Positions 34,636-45,297 of a DNA stretch of 62,274 nucleotides are shown here, piece after piece. The stretch's first letter is position 1, and the number at the start of each line of letters is the position of its first letter. A program made the position numbers and the translations under genes. The notes under the pieces are model-generated. The model ran no database searches and was not told the origin of the DNA. It was given only the letters and a program-made list of their open reading frames with translations. The stretch is taken from the NCBI GenBank assembly GCA_964430425.1, contig CAYSFX010000001.1:30419-92692 (forward strand), in the 5' to 3' direction. This DNA is from an uncultured bacterium. Its GTDB lineage: Bacteria > Deinococcota > Deinococci > Deinococcales > Deinococcaceae.

Positions 34636-35979
34636 ATGATTCAACTGCAACGCGGTGAGAAACGTCCCCTGGCCGAGCTGTCCGTCAGCGGGGTCGGTGC
34701 CCTCGAAGTGACGCTGCGCCATGACCTGCAGGGCGCGGACGTGAGCGTCTTCGGGCTGAACACCGACCGCCAGTTGCAGGACGACCGGTACTTCGTGTTC
34801 TACAACCAGCTCTCGAGTCCCGCCGGCGAGATCGTGCTCGCGCCTCAGCCGTGGGGCGGCACCTTCCGGCTCGACTTGACCCGGCTGCCGGCCAGCGTAC
34901 GCCGCCTGATGTTCGTAATGACGCACGACAGCGCGCCCTTCTCGCACCTGGGCCAGCTGACCTGGACGCTGGGCGACCCGGCCCCAAAGGTGGGGGTGGA
35001 GCTGCGCGGCGCGGAGTTCGGCAGCGAACGTGCGGTGATGGTGGCCGAGGTCTACGAGCACAACGGAGCGTGGCGAGCGGCAAGCGTCGGCCAGGGCTTC
35101 TCGGGCGGCCTCGACGCGCTGCTGATCCACTTCGGCGGAGAGGCCAGCCCGGCACCGACCCAGGCGTCTCCCCAGAGACCGGCCCCGTCGCCGGCTCCTG
35201 TCCCCTCCCCCCCTCCGCGCCCGAGCACCCTGGTATCACAGCCCTCTCCGGCTGGCCGACCCGGCCTGGACCCTGCCGCCGACGGCACCTACACGCTGTC
35301 TCAGTTTCTGAAGAAGACGGCCGAGGCCGACCGGCCCGGCGACGCCTTCGAGTTGGAGAGCGACAAGATGCTGGAGGTGAAGGTGGGTGACGGCCGGGGG
35401 GGGCCGGGCCGCGTCTGGAGCAAGCTGGGCGCGATGGTGGCCTACTCCGGCACCCTGAGTTTCAAGCGCGAGGGGCTGCTCGACGGCGGCATCATGAAAG
35501 CGCTCGTGCGGGCCGTGAGCAGCGAGATGGAACCGCTCGCCAAGATCGAAGGGCAGGGCGTGGCCTACCTCGCCGATCAGGCCAAGGAGATCACCCTCCT
35601 CCGGCTGAGCGGCGACGCCATCAACGTGGCCGGGCACTCGCTGCTGGCCTTCGAGGACAGCGTGCAGCACCAGATCGCCATGCACCGGAGTGCGGCCGGC
35701 ATGGTCTCGGGCGGGCTCTTCAGCGTGCTGCTGCGCGGGCACGGCATGCTGGCACTGCTCAGCCACGGCCGCCCCCTGACCTTGCGGGTGACCGGCGGCG
35801 AGACCGTGTACACCGATCCCAACTCGACCATCGGCTGGAGCGAGCACCTGAAGCCGCAGCTGCGGGTGGACAGCTCCCTGAAGACCATCTTCGGGCGCGG
35901 CGGCGGCGAGACCTTCCAGATGGCCTTTCAGGGCGAGGGCTTCGTGGTGGTGCAGCCGTACGAGGAGAACATGCACTGA
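34636..35979 (+). CDS. TerD-domain plus AIM24-domain fusion protein
   Basis: N-half FVFYNQLSSP and EVYEHNGAWRAASVGQGFSGGL (TerD); Pro linker; C-half GAMVAYSG, GGLF, TDPN, GETFQMAFQGEGFVVVQP (AIM24). Confidence 0.82.
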   Translation: MIQLQRGEKRPLAELSVSGVGALEVTLRHDLQGADVSVFGLNTDRQLQDDRYFVFYNQLSSPAGEIVLAPQPWGGTFRLDLTRLPASVRRLMFVMTHDSAPFSHLGQLTWTLGDPAPKVGVELRGAEFGSERAVMVAEVYEHNGAWRAASVGQGFSGGLDALLIHFGGEASPAPTQASPQRPAPSPAPVPSPPPRPSTLVSQPSPAGRPGLDPAADGTYTLSQFLKKTAEADRPGDAFELESDKMLEVKVGDGRGGPGRVWSKLGAMVAYSGTLSFKREGLLDGGIMKALVRAVSSEMEPLAKIEGQGVAYLADQAKEITLLRLSGDAINVAGHSLLAFEDSVQHQIAMHRSAAGMVSGGLFSVLLRGHGMLALLSHGRPLTLRVTGGETVYTDPNSTIGWSEHLKPQLRVDSSLKTIFGRGGGETFQMAFQGEGFVVVQPYEENMH

Positions 35980-35987
35980 CACGGAGG

Positions 35988-36953
35988 CTAGGGCAGTCGC
36001 CCCACCATCACCTTCAGGTGCGTGGCGCCCGGATAGTCCTCGCCCGCACCGAAGCTCTCTTCCAACCGGAGCCCCGGCACGCCCGCCCGCAGCATGGCCG
36101 TAAAGGCCGCGCCGCTCACACCCGCGTGGTTGTTCATTGCCAGCAGTCGGCCGCCCGGGGCCAGCAGGCTCGCTGCCTGGGCGGCCAGCGCGGCGTAGTC
36201 CCGCTCGCTGCGCCACACGCCGCTGGGGCCACGGGCGAAGCTGGGCGGGTCGAGCACCACGAGGTCGAACCGCTCCGGCTTGCGGGCCAGCCGGGTCAGC
36301 CAGTCGAACACGTCGCCGTAGATGAAGTCGGTGTCGGGAGCGGCGAGGCCCGACAGGGCGTAATTCTCCTGCCCCCAGCCGAGCACCTTGCGCGACAGGT
36401 CGAGGTTCTTGACCACCCCCGCCCCGGCGAGTGCGGCATTCAGCCCGAAGCCGCAGGTGTAGGCGAAGGTGTTGAGCACGCGCGCCCCGGCGGCCACGTG
36501 CTGCCGCACCCAGCGGCGAGCGGGCCGCGCGTCGGTGAACAGTCCGGTGCTCAGGTCGCTGCCCGGACGAATCAGGTACGGCACGCCGTCTTCCAGAGCG
36601 GTCAGTTCAGGTCTGGCCTCGCCCAGCAGCGGCTCCGGGGGGGAGAGCCAGTCGCGCTGGACGTTGGCGGCATGCCGGGCCTCCTGCGGACGGCGCTTGA
36701 GGTACACCGACCCGAGCGCCGCTGCGTCGGCCCATACCCCGGCCAGCTGCGTCTCCTGCTCGCGTTCCAGATCGGCATACAGGCTGAGGATGCCCACCTC
36801 GCCCGCCCGGTCGAGCGTGTAGAGCCCGCCCGTCTCGGTGGTGTGGGCCAGCCGGTAGAGCACGGTGCCCTCGGCGGGCAGGTGCGAGCGCCGCGCCGTC
36901 AGCGACCGGGCCTGGGCCGGAAGATCGGCAGAGAATGGAGACGGACGGGACAC
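35988..36953 (-). CDS. Class I SAM-dependent (RlmI/RlmK-like) methyltransferase
   Basis: [39 protein letters not shown]. Confidence 0.85.
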   Translation of the reverse strand: MSRPSPFSADLPAQARSLTARRSHLPAEGTVLYRLAHTTETGGLYTLDRAGEVGILSLYADLEREQETQLAGVWADAAALGSVYLKRRPQEARHAANVQRDWLSPPEPLLGEARPELTALEDGVPYLIRPGSDLSTGLFTDARPARRWVRQHVAAGARVLNTFAYTCGFGLNAALAGAGVVKNLDLSRKVLGWGQENYALSGLAAPDTDFIYGDVFDWLTRLARKPERFDLVVLDPPSFARGPSGVWRSERDYAALAAQAASLLAPGGRLLAMNNHAGVSGAAFTAMLRAGVPGLRLEESFGAGEDYPGATHLKVMVGRLP

Positions 36954-36990
36954 GCGCCAGAGTGTAGCGCCTGGGCTCTGGGCGGTCAGG

Positions 36991-37377
36991 TCAGTACGCG
37001 ACGCCGCCGCGCTTGATCTGGAATCCGTTGTCGGCGAACTGGACGATGATGGTGCGCCCGTCGGCCAGGAAGGTCAGCCCGGCACTCTGCGTGAAGGTGG
37101 TGCCGCTGATGCAGGTGGCCTGAAGCAGGTAGGTCGAACCCTTGACGAAATGCACCAGTGCTCCGCGCTGCACCTTGAGGGCGCCGTCGGGCGTCAGGTT
37201 CAGCTCAGACAGGCTCTTGCCCTCCTGCAGGATATTGACCCGCACCGCCAGGCAGGGCGAGGGAGCGCCCGACACCAGCAGCGTATCGAGTTTTACTTCG
37301 GTGGCCTGCACGCCACTCAGGAGACACGACGCGAGGCCGGTCAGCAGGGCCAGCGCCCTCTTCTTTGTGTTCTTCAT
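36991..37377 (-). CDS. Hypothetical exported protein
   Basis: Basic then hydrophobic signal peptide ending VQA; two Cys in the mature part; -10 TACCAT just upstream. Confidence 0.7.
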   Translation of the reverse strand: MKNTKKRALALLTGLASCLLSGVQATEVKLDTLLVSGAPSPCLAVRVNILQEGKSLSELNLTPDGALKVQRGALVHFVKGSTYLLQATCISGTTFTQSAGLTFLADGRTIIVQFADNGFQIKRGGVAY

Positions 37378-37833
37378 TTCCCTTATGGTAGGAGGACGGC
37401 TCTGACACTTTCCTGAATAAGGACCTGAAAAACAGCCGTTGTCAGGTAATGAAGGCGCCGAGAAGACCTGACTTCGGTCGAAGACACTGAACGCCAGAGA
37501 CTGTAAATCGGTCGTCCCCGGAACGGTCTGAGTTCAGGATGCGCAAGCCACGCTTGATGCTGGAAGTCAAACAACGCTGCCCCATGACTTCCGACAGATG
37601 AATAGAGTCGGGGCGTTGCGGCAGCGGTCAGGGCGTCACGGAAACAATGCCGACCGTTTTCACCAGGACGAAACACCAGACCCGCTTCAGCCGGCCCGCG
37701 AGTGCTCACCCTGCCCCCGCTCAGGGCGCCCACTGCCGCTGTAAAGGTTGCCGCAAGGGAGTCTGAAGTTGAAGCTGATCTTTCTCAGTTCGGTTGGAGT
37801 GTGTGCTCCTTACACTTTAGTCAGGAGACCCCC

Positions 37834-37968
37834 ATGACCCGACTCAACGGTAAAGGTTCCGGCAGTGGTGCGACGATTCTGATCGTCATCGTCGTGCTCA
37901 TCGTGCTGTTCCTGCTGGCTTATTTCCTGTATCTCAAGCCTCAAGGCCTGCTCAATCTCGGATTCTGA
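37834..37968 (+). CDS. Small single-pass membrane protein (44 aa)
   Basis: RBS AGGAG; MTRLNGKGSGSGATILIVIVVLIVLFLLAYFLYLKPQGLLNLGF. Confidence 0.7.
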   Translation: MTRLNGKGSGSGATILIVIVVLIVLFLLAYFLYLKPQGLLNLGF

Positions 37969-38100
37969 AGGCGGAGCCCCGCTGTTTTTACGGCGGTGAT
38001 CTCATGATTGCACCTCTCTCGGAGTATTCCCGATTCAAACCAGAACTGTCTGAACCGCTCACAACGGGACACAGACCAGCAGCAAAACCAAGGAGTTCAT

Positions 38101-39753
38101 ATGTTGAAAGGCAAGGAAGTCATCGGGCGCAAGATCGTCACTCTAAACGGCGGCGAGCGGGTAGACAGCGTACGCGATTTGATCTTCGACGAGCAGGGCA
38201 ACCGCGTACTGGCGCTGCTGGTCGATGAGGGCGGCTGGTTTCACGCGGCCAAGGTCATCGCTTTCACGAGTGTGAAGAGCATCGGCGAAGACGCGGTCAT
38301 GATCGACAGCGCCGAGGATGTGGTGACAGCGCGTGACCACGGCCAGATCGCGGCGGCCATGGACAGCAAGTCGGGCCTGGCCGGGCTGAACCTGCTGACC
38401 ACCGACGGCAAGGAACTGGGCCGGATCGCCGACGTGTTCTTCGACGAGGCGACCGGTCAGGTGGTGGGTTACGAGGCCACCGGCGGCCTGTTCAGCGACC
38501 TGAGTTCGGGGCGCACCTTCGTGCCGGCTCCCGAGAGCGTGACCATCGGAGCAGAGGCCGCCATCGTGCCGCCCGCCGTGGCGCAGGCGATGGAGGAGCA
38601 GCAGCCCGGTGGCCTGCAGGGCGCCTTCAGCAGCGCTTCCGAGAGCGTGAAGAGTGCGGCGGGCACGGTCGCCGACAGCGTGAAGGAGACGGCCGGGAAC
38701 GTGGCACAGGCCACCAAGGACCGTCAGAAGGAGTACGTGGTCGGCAAGACGGCGTCCAACGACGTGACACGCCAGGACGGCAGGCTGCTGGTCGTGAAAG
38801 GCGAGACGATCACCGCCGCGCACGCCGAAGAGGCCGAGTCGCTGGGACTGCTGGGCTCGCTCACCGCAGCGGCGGGCGGCGGCGCGGTGCAGGAGCTGTA
38901 CGGCAGCGCCCGCGAGAGCGTGCAGGGCGGCGTCGAGAACATGGCGACCGCCACCAAGGAGCGCCAGAAGGAGTTCGTGGTCGGCAAGACGGCCGGCAGC
39001 GACGTGATCGCTCAGGACGGCTCGGTGATCGTGACCAAGGGTGAGACCATCACCACCCTGCACGCCACGATCGCCGAAGACAAGGGGGCGCTGGGCAGCC
39101 TGGCAGCCGCCGCGACCAGCGGCAGCATGCAGCAGGGCGTGCAGGGCGTGCGGGAGAACATCGCTGCGCGCACGCAGACCCAGCCGGCCAGCCTGATCGG
39201 CCGCCGGGTGCAGCGCGACGTGTTCGGGCCCAACCGCAGCTTCGTGGCGGCGCAGGGTCAGATCGTGACCGAGGCGCTGCTGGAACGCGCCCGCGCCCTC
39301 GGCAAGGAGCAGGAACTGGCCGACGCGGTGGGCGCGGCCAACACCACCGGCAGCGCCAGCAGCACCGTTTCGGCCGCTTCCGACCGGCTGTCTGCCGGAG
39401 CGCAGAACGTCAAGGAAGGCGCCTCGGGCCTGCTCGACCGGGCCAAGGGCTGGATTGCCGAGACGCGCGACCGGGCCAGTGACGAAGTCGAGGAGCGCCG
39501 CATCGAGGGCGCGATCGGCCGCCCGACCAACCGGGTGGTGCTCGACCGTCAGGACAACATCATTCTGAACATCGGCGAGATCATCACGCACAAGGCGGTC
39601 GAGCAGGCGCGGCAGTCGGACGTGCTGGGCATCCTGCTGGGCAGCGTCAGCACCGAGACGCCGACCATCGATCCGATGAGCGTCCGGCCCGACGAGCACG
39701 GTCAGGCGGCCCTCGACAGCCAGCCGGACGTGAAGAAGCCCGATCAGGTGTAA
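38101..39753 (+). CDS. PRC-barrel domain protein with internal repeats
   Basis: RBS AGGAG; two PRC barrels ([26 protein letters not shown]); repeated ATK(D/E)RQKE(Y/F)VVGKTA units. Confidence 0.85.
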   Translation: MLKGKEVIGRKIVTLNGGERVDSVRDLIFDEQGNRVLALLVDEGGWFHAAKVIAFTSVKSIGEDAVMIDSAEDVVTARDHGQIAAAMDSKSGLAGLNLLTTDGKELGRIADVFFDEATGQVVGYEATGGLFSDLSSGRTFVPAPESVTIGAEAAIVPPAVAQAMEEQQPGGLQGAFSSASESVKSAAGTVADSVKETAGNVAQATKDRQKEYVVGKTASNDVTRQDGRLLVVKGETITAAHAEEAESLGLLGSLTAAAGGGAVQELYGSARESVQGGVENMATATKERQKEFVVGKTAGSDVIAQDGSVIVTKGETITTLHATIAEDKGALGSLAAAATSGSMQQGVQGVRENIAARTQTQPASLIGRRVQRDVFGPNRSFVAAQGQIVTEALLERARALGKEQELADAVGAANTTGSASSTVSAASDRLSAGAQNVKEGASGLLDRAKGWIAETRDRASDEVEERRIEGAIGRPTNRVVLDRQDNIILNIGEIITHKAVEQARQSDVLGILLGSVSTETPTIDPMSVRPDEHGQAALDSQPDVKKPDQV

Positions 39754-39782
39754 CCAGCCCACTTCAGGTTCGTGTCAGCGCC

Positions 39783-40169
39783 TCACCCGAGTGGTGGGGC
39801 GCTGTTCCGTTGAACCGCCTGCCTCTCCAGCAGCGACTGAAGCTGGGCGAACGCCGCCACCACGCGCGGAAATCCGACGAACGGCACGGCGAACAGCAGC
39901 GTCTCGCGCACCTCCTGTTCGGTGGCCCCGGCCCGCATGGCGCCGCGCAGGTGGGTCTTGAGTTCGTCCGGACTGCCGAGCGACAGCAGCAGCGTGCAGG
40001 CCAGCAGCTCCTTCGTCTTGAGGTCAAGGCCGGGGCGGTCGTAGACGGTGTCGTAAGCGAAACCCTGGATGTACCGCGACAGGTCGGGGTCGAGGGCCGA
40101 GAGCCGTTCGAAGATGCGGTCGTGTTGAGCCCCGAAGATCTGCTCGCGGGCCTTCGTGTCTTCGTCCAT
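39783..40169 (-). CDS. Carboxymuconolactone decarboxylase/AhpD family protein
   Basis: [38 protein letters not shown]. Confidence 0.88.
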   Translation of the reverse strand: MDEDTKAREQIFGAQHDRIFERLSALDPDLSRYIQGFAYDTVYDRPGLDLKTKELLACTLLLSLGSPDELKTHLRGAMRAGATEQEVRETLLFAVPFVGFPRVVAAFAQLQSLLERQAVQRNSAPPLG

Positions 40170-40263
40170 AGCCGCCAGCATCGCACAGCCGAAACGAAGG
40201 GCCGCCGGGACTCCTGAAACACTCAGAAGCTCCGGCGGCCGTTCGCGCCTGCTGGCGTTCGGC

Positions 40264-40773
40264 TTACTTTCCGCTCTTCAGCTTCGCCAGCACGCCCGGC
40301 GTCAGGTCGGTGGTCTGCGAGCTGGCGTAGATGATCAGGCGGGACGTGCTCGCCACGCGCTGGTCGAGCACCACGCTGAAGCCGCCCGCCTTGGCGACCG
40401 AGGCCACCGCCGCATTGACGCGCCCGGCGAGCGGCGTGAAGGCTGTCTGGAGCTGCTTCTGGTACGCCTGCGCCGAAGCCTGGTACTTCTTGGCGGCCGT
40501 GGTGTAGGCCGTCTTGCTGGCAGTGGTCGCTCCCGCCGCGTTGGCCTTGACCAGCAGCGCCTGAAGCGACTTGGCCTGCGTCTGCACGTCGGCGTCGGCC
40601 TTCTTGCTGAGGGCCGCATAGTTCGCGCCGCCGGGCAAGGCGGCCACCACCGTCTGCACGTTCACGATGCCCACCTTGGTCTTCGACTTCTGGGCATGAG
40701 GCGACAGGGCCAACAACGCCACGGGGGCCAGGATCAATACTTTGGGAACAGCTTTGAGATGGATCTTCAACAT
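40264..40773 (-). CDS. OmpH/Skp family outer-membrane chaperone
   Basis: Signal peptide, KVGIVNVQ, coiled coil, GFSVVLD, IYAS...DLT. Confidence 0.88.
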   Translation of the reverse strand: MLKIHLKAVPKVLILAPVALLALSPHAQKSKTKVGIVNVQTVVAALPGGANYAALSKKADADVQTQAKSLQALLVKANAAGATTASKTAYTTAAKKYQASAQAYQKQLQTAFTPLAGRVNAAVASVAKAGGFSVVLDQRVASTSRLIIYASSQTTDLTPGVLAKLKSGK

Positions 40774-40806
40774 GTCTTTCCTCGTCTGACTTCGAGAGTC
40801 TGCGGT

Positions 40807-40838
40807 CAAAAAAACGGCCCCCGCAAGCCGGAGGCCGT
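40807..40838 (-). terminator. Hairpin plus T run between the two ompH paralogs
   Basis: Minus strand acggcctccggcttgcggggccgt followed by a T run. Confidence 0.55.
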
Positions 40839-40880
40839 GCGCGGTCTTGGGCGCCGAAGTCAGCGGCCCAGACCGGACGC

Positions 40881-41366
40881 TCAGGGCTTGAGGTTCTTGA
40901 TGACCGTGGCGGTCAGGTCGGTCGAGGGGTCGGCGTAGATCACGAGGCTGCTGGTCGCGGCGATGCCCTTGTCCATGATCACCGAGAAGCCCTGGGCCTT
41001 GGCGGTCGAAGACACGGCGGCGTCGACGGCCTTCTCGACCGGCGCGACGGCCTTGGCGAGCTGGTCGTTGTAGTCCTTCGCCTTGGCGGTCAGGGTAGCG
41101 GTGAGCTGGGTGGCCTGATCCTTCTCGGCGGCGGTGGCGCTGGCGCCCTTGTCCTGAATGGTCTTGATCTGGGTCTGAAGCCCGCCAAGTTCGGTGTTGG
41201 CCTTGGTCTGGAGCGCGGTGATGGACGCGTTGCTGGGGTGGGCCTTGAGCACCTCGGTCACGTTCACGAAGCCGACCTTCTGGGCGCCCGTCTGGGCGTG
41301 GGGCATGAGCGATCCGAAGCCCAGGGCGGCAACGACGGCGAGGGGAGCGAGTGTCTTAAGATTCAT
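40881..41366 (-). CDS. OmpH/Skp family outer-membrane chaperone (tandem paralog)
   Basis: Signal peptide, [25 protein letters not shown]. Confidence 0.88.
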   Translation of the reverse strand: MNLKTLAPLAVVAALGFGSLMPHAQTGAQKVGFVNVTEVLKAHPSNASITALQTKANTELGGLQTQIKTIQDKGASATAAEKDQATQLTATLTAKAKDYNDQLAKAVAPVEKAVDAAVSSTAKAQGFSVIMDKGIAATSSLVIYADPSTDLTATVIKNLKP

Positions 41367-41510
41367 GAACTGCACCGTAGCACGGCCCCAATTGAGCAAA
41401 ATGAAAACTCCGGTCAGTCGGTCGTCAGGCAGTCGGCGCCGCTGCCACCTGCACGAAAAGGCCCGCACAGTCGCGGTGCAGGCCAGTTTCGTACAGTCGG
41501 CAGGCGCTCC

Positions 41511-42437
41511 TCAACCGCCCTGTCCGAGGCCGCGCAGAAGGCTCCAGACGAGCGCCGTGCCGAGCGCCGTGATCAGCCAGAAGCGCAGCGTGACGTGCGT
41601 CTCCGGCCAGCCGAGTTCCTCGAAGTGGTGCTGGATCGGGCTCATGCGGAACAGCCGCTTGCCGCCGGTGCGCCGGAAATAGGCCACCTGCAGCACCACG
41701 CTCAGCACCGCCACCACCGGAATGATGGCCGCGATGGGCAGCAGCCACACGTCGGCGTGCAAAATGTAGGCTCCGGCCACGACGCCGCCAATGGCGTGTG
41801 AGCCCATGTCACCCATGAATACGCGGGCCGGGTGGGCGTTGAACCACAGGAAGCCCAGCAGCACCCCGACCAGCAGCACCGACACCGGTGACACGCCCAG
41901 AATCGGCAGCAGCACGATGATGCTCACGCCGCCCAGCAGGCTGTCGAGGCCATCGGTGAAGTTGAACGCATTGACCGCCCCGACCATCACGAAGGTGTAG
42001 AGCGCGATATCGCCGTACAGTCCCCAGCCGGGCAGCCAGACATGCGGCGCGAGCGGCGCGGCGAAGATCGCGAACACCAGCCCCACCAGGAACTGCGCCG
42101 GGAACTTCTCTCGGGCCAGCAGCTCCTTCTTGCCGCCGACCATCCGCGACCGGATCTTGAGCAGGTCGTCCACCAGACCGATGAGGCCCATGCCGAGGCC
42201 GACGAGCACCAGCAGCGTCTCGCTCCGGCTGCCGCCGTGCCCGGTGAAGTACAGCACCAGCCATACCAGCAGCAGCGCGATCACGAACGGAATGCCGCCT
42301 GCCGTGGGCGTGCCCTCCTTTTTCAGGTGGGTCTGCGGGCCTTCCTGCCGGATCGGTTGACCCCAGCCGAAGCGCTTGGACAGGGTGATGAACAGGCCGA
42401 CCAGGAACCAGGAGACGAGGGCGGCGGCGATCAACAT
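41511..42437 (-). CDS. mraY: Phospho-N-acetylmuramoyl-pentapeptide transferase
   Basis: [39 protein letters not shown]. Confidence 0.95.
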   Translation of the reverse strand: MLIAAALVSWFLVGLFITLSKRFGWGQPIRQEGPQTHLKKEGTPTAGGIPFVIALLLVWLVLYFTGHGGSRSETLLVLVGLGMGLIGLVDDLLKIRSRMVGGKKELLAREKFPAQFLVGLVFAIFAAPLAPHVWLPGWGLYGDIALYTFVMVGAVNAFNFTDGLDSLLGGVSIIVLLPILGVSPVSVLLVGVLLGFLWFNAHPARVFMGDMGSHAIGGVVAGAYILHADVWLLPIAAIIPVVAVLSVVLQVAYFRRTGGKRLFRMSPIQHHFEELGWPETHVTLRFWLITALGTALVWSLLRGLGQGG

Positions 42438-42557
42438 TTGTGGACCACCGGGCGGCTGAAGACGACGGAACTGAACTGGGAAAAGTGTGACATACCTTGC
42501 AGGCAAGCTATCACGGGGCCGGAAACCACGCGGAACGGACGCCGGCCGCCCACATCT

Positions 42558-43328
42558 TCAGGGGTGAAGTTCGCGCAGATCGGGCGAGAAGAAGCGCAGC
42601 ACTCCTCCCGGCTGCAGCGTGACGACCGCGTTGCCCACCACCCCGATCAGCCCGGGCGGATGCGGCAGTGTGGTCAGCAGCAGGTTGGAGGCGTCGCGCC
42701 ATTCGAGTGCCGTGCCGGTCAGGGTGTAGCGCCCGTCGAGCGTGACGACGGTGGGCGCGTTGGCCGTGGCCGCCCCGGTGGGGGTGGCGTACAGGTAGCG
42801 CTGCGCCGCGCTGCTCAGGAGTGACTGGTTCCCCGCTGTCTGGCCGCCGCTGTCCAGGCGGTACAGGTTGCCCGCCTGCACGGCGTAGTCGAGGCCGTCT
42901 CCACCGGTCACCACCGCGTCGGGCGTGCCGAGCAGTCCGGCACCCGGCACGCCCCCGTAGCTGTAGGTGCTGCCGTCTTCACGGTAGGCCCGCGTGCTCG
43001 ACAGGGCCAGCACCCGGCCCGCCTGCAGCGTCACCGGCCGGCCGTCGGCGGTGAGCAGCAGCCCCAGACCTCCCACCGCCACCCAGGGCGTCGCGGCACC
43101 GCCGCTCGAAGGGCTTTCCACCTGCCAGCCGACCGCCGTGACCCCCGAAGGCACCCTGGGTACCACCTTCTGAAACAGAGGCGCACGGGCCAGCGTCACT
43201 CTGTCCCCTTCGGCCCAGATCACTCCCTGGCTGGAAAAGCTGGCCTGTAGCCCAGACGCCGGAGCCTGCCGCACCGCCGCGGGGGCGCAGGCCGCGAGCA
43301 GCAGGGCCAGCACCGCCAGGCGTTTCAC
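42558..43328 (-). CDS. Hypothetical lipoprotein
   Basis: MKRLAVLALLLAAC lipobox; GTGA overlap with murF. Confidence 0.78.
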   Translation of the reverse strand: MKRLAVLALLLAACAPAAVRQAPASGLQASFSSQGVIWAEGDRVTLARAPLFQKVVPRVPSGVTAVGWQVESPSSGGAATPWVAVGGLGLLLTADGRPVTLQAGRVLALSSTRAYREDGSTYSYGGVPGAGLLGTPDAVVTGGDGLDYAVQAGNLYRLDSGGQTAGNQSLLSSAAQRYLYATPTGAATANAPTVVTLDGRYTLTGTALEWRDASNLLLTTLPHPPGLIGVVGNAVVTLQPGGVLRFFSPDLRELHP

Positions 43329-44614
43329 AGCTCCTCCCGGCGCTTCAGCAGGGCCGCCACCACGCTGTCGAGCCCCACGCCCTCCTGCATCCGCCGTTCG
43401 GGCGGCCAGGAAATGCCGCGCGACGCCTTGACCAGCACCACGTCTCCCAGCCGCACCTCGGGCAGCAGCGCCGAGAGCAGGTCGGGAACCGTCTGGAAGG
43501 CGCGGTCGCCCAATTCGGCCGCGAACCGGCCCACGCCGTAAGTCAGGTCGGCCTTCTGCCGGGCATACTCGCCCACCCCGGCGTGCAGCTCACGCTCGGT
43601 ATCGCCCAGTTCGAGCATGCGGCCCAGCACCGAGATGCGGCGGCCCTCGACGTTCGCCACCGGAAAGGCGGCCAGCGCGTCGAGGGCCACCTGCACGCTG
43701 AGCGGAGAGGCGTTGTAGGCGTCGTCGATCACCGTGACCGCCCCTGGCAGCACCCGGTAGCGGCCGCCCGGCACCTCGACTTGCGAGAGCCGCGCCGCCG
43801 CCGCCTCCAGGTTCAGGCCTGCCCGCTCGGCCAGCGCGAGGCCCAGCACCGCTGCCTCGGCCTGCACACGGGAAGCGCGGGGCAGGTGGACCGGCACGCC
43901 TTTGTACTCGAAGGTGGCTCCGGTCTCGTCCAGGTTCAACCCCTCGCCGGCACAGGTCGCCTCGCCGAACCCGTAGGTCGCCGCGCCGGGGTAGAACGGA
44001 CCGGCCTGTACGCCCACCAGCGAACATCCGGCCGCGAGCATTCCGCCCTTCTCGCGCGCGATGTTCTCCACGCTGCCCAGGCCGTCGAGGTGTGCCGCCC
44101 CGATGCTGGTGATGACCCCCACGTCGGGCCGGACCAGGTCCATCAGCTCGGCCATCTCGCCCAGCCGGTCGATGCCCATCTCGACCACCAGAGGCCGCGC
44201 TCCTGCTCCGTGTTCGATCAGGAAACAGGCGATGGCAGGCTGGGTGTTGAAGACCGGCAGGTAGGCGGCCTCCAGCGCCGCCGCCGCGTAGCTCTTGGCG
44301 GTGGTCTTACCCGCCGTGCCGGTGATGCCGACCACCAGGGCGTTCTTCGCGCGTTCATGGTGCGCCCAGGCGAAGAGGGCGGCCTGCGCGTCCGGCACGC
44401 GCACGGCCCTGGGCACGTCGAGGTCGGTCAGCACGAAGGGGGCTCCGGCCTCCAGCGCCGCCTGTACGAAGGCGTTGCCGTGCATCTTCTCGCCGGGCAG
44501 CGCCACGAAGGCCACCTCGGGCGAGGCCTCGCGCGAATCCCAGGTCAGGCGGTGGGCGGGCCCAGCCTGGGGGTGAACGTCGGCGGCGAACGGCAGGGCG
44601 TGAGGATCGAGCAT
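43325..44614 (-). CDS. murF: UDP-MurNAc-tripeptide--D-Ala-D-Ala ligase
   Basis: DSR, GITGTAGKTTAK, VVEMG, IDDAYNASP, MLELG, VLVKASRG. Confidence 0.93.
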   Translation of the reverse strand: MLDPHALPFAADVHPQAGPAHRLTWDSREASPEVAFVALPGEKMHGNAFVQAALEAGAPFVLTDLDVPRAVRVPDAQAALFAWAHHERAKNALVVGITGTAGKTTAKSYAAAALEAAYLPVFNTQPAIACFLIEHGAGARPLVVEMGIDRLGEMAELMDLVRPDVGVITSIGAAHLDGLGSVENIAREKGGMLAAGCSLVGVQAGPFYPGAATYGFGEATCAGEGLNLDETGATFEYKGVPVHLPRASRVQAEAAVLGLALAERAGLNLEAAAARLSQVEVPGGRYRVLPGAVTVIDDAYNASPLSVQVALDALAAFPVANVEGRRISVLGRMLELGDTERELHAGVGEYARQKADLTYGVGRFAAELGDRAFQTVPDLLSALLPEVRLGDVVLVKASRGISWPPERRMQEGVGLDSVVAALLKRREEL

Positions 44615-44688
44615 GGAGTCAGGCTAACAGGCGAGCATGAAGACACGCCGGATGAACGCTCTGCAGAGGGTCACGGTACAGTCAGGGC

Positions 44689-45297
44689 ATGGAAGACCTG
44701 ACCGGGGCTGCACGCGCGTTCTGCCTCCCCTTCTATGCCGAGCCGCACCGTGCCTACCACACCCTGAACCACGTGCAGGCGATGCTGGAAGCTCTCGGAG
44801 ACCGGGGCGTCCTCTCCCCCACCCTGGCGCTAGCGGTGTGGGGCCACGACCTGATCTACGATTCTCAGGCCAGCGACAACGAGGCCCGGAGTGCCGAGGT
44901 CTTCGGCACATGGCTGGACGGGCAGGGCGCGGCCCCCGAACTCGTGCAGGAGGTGCGCCGCCTGATTCTCGAAACCCGCCACACCGCGCCACCGACCGAC
45001 CGGGCCGCCGCCCTCCTGATCGACGCGGACTTAGGCGCCTTCGGGGCCGACGACGCGGCGTTCTGGGCCTACGAGCGGGCCATCCGTCAGGAATATTCCT
45101 CTGTGCCCTGGCCGCAGTACCAGGAAGGGCGAAGGCGGGTGCTGGACAGCTTTCTGACGCGGGAGCGAATCTATACCACGCCTGAATTCTCCGGGCTGGA
45201 GGCGCAGGCGCGGCAGCATCTCGAGGCGGCGAGAGAGGTACTGGACAGGGCAGACACGGAAGACGCCGCCCTGGCGGCCTGGAATGCCCGCCCGTGA
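44689..45297 (+). CDS. HD-superfamily metal-dependent phosphohydrolase
   Basis: YAEPHRAYHTLNH, GHDLIYD, DNEARSA, DADL, IRQEY. Confidence 0.88.
   Translation: MEDLTGAARAFCLPFYAEPHRAYHTLNHVQAMLEALGDRGVLSPTLALAVWGHDLIYDSQASDNEARSAEVFGTWLDGQGAAPELVQEVRRLILETRHTAPPTDRAAALLIDADLGAFGADDAAFWAYERAIRQEYSSVPWPQYQEGRRRVLDSFLTRERIYTTPEFSGLEAQARQHLEAAREVLDRADTEDAALAAWNARP

Noticed and set aside
34636..35130. Tellurite-resistance ter operon
   Set aside because: Only one TerD-like domain is present; no terA/B/C/Z neighbours.
37630..37680. c-di-GMP-II riboswitch suggested by GGAAACAATG
   Set aside because: The downstream conserved elements (GGGCACTT, AGTGCAACCG) are absent.
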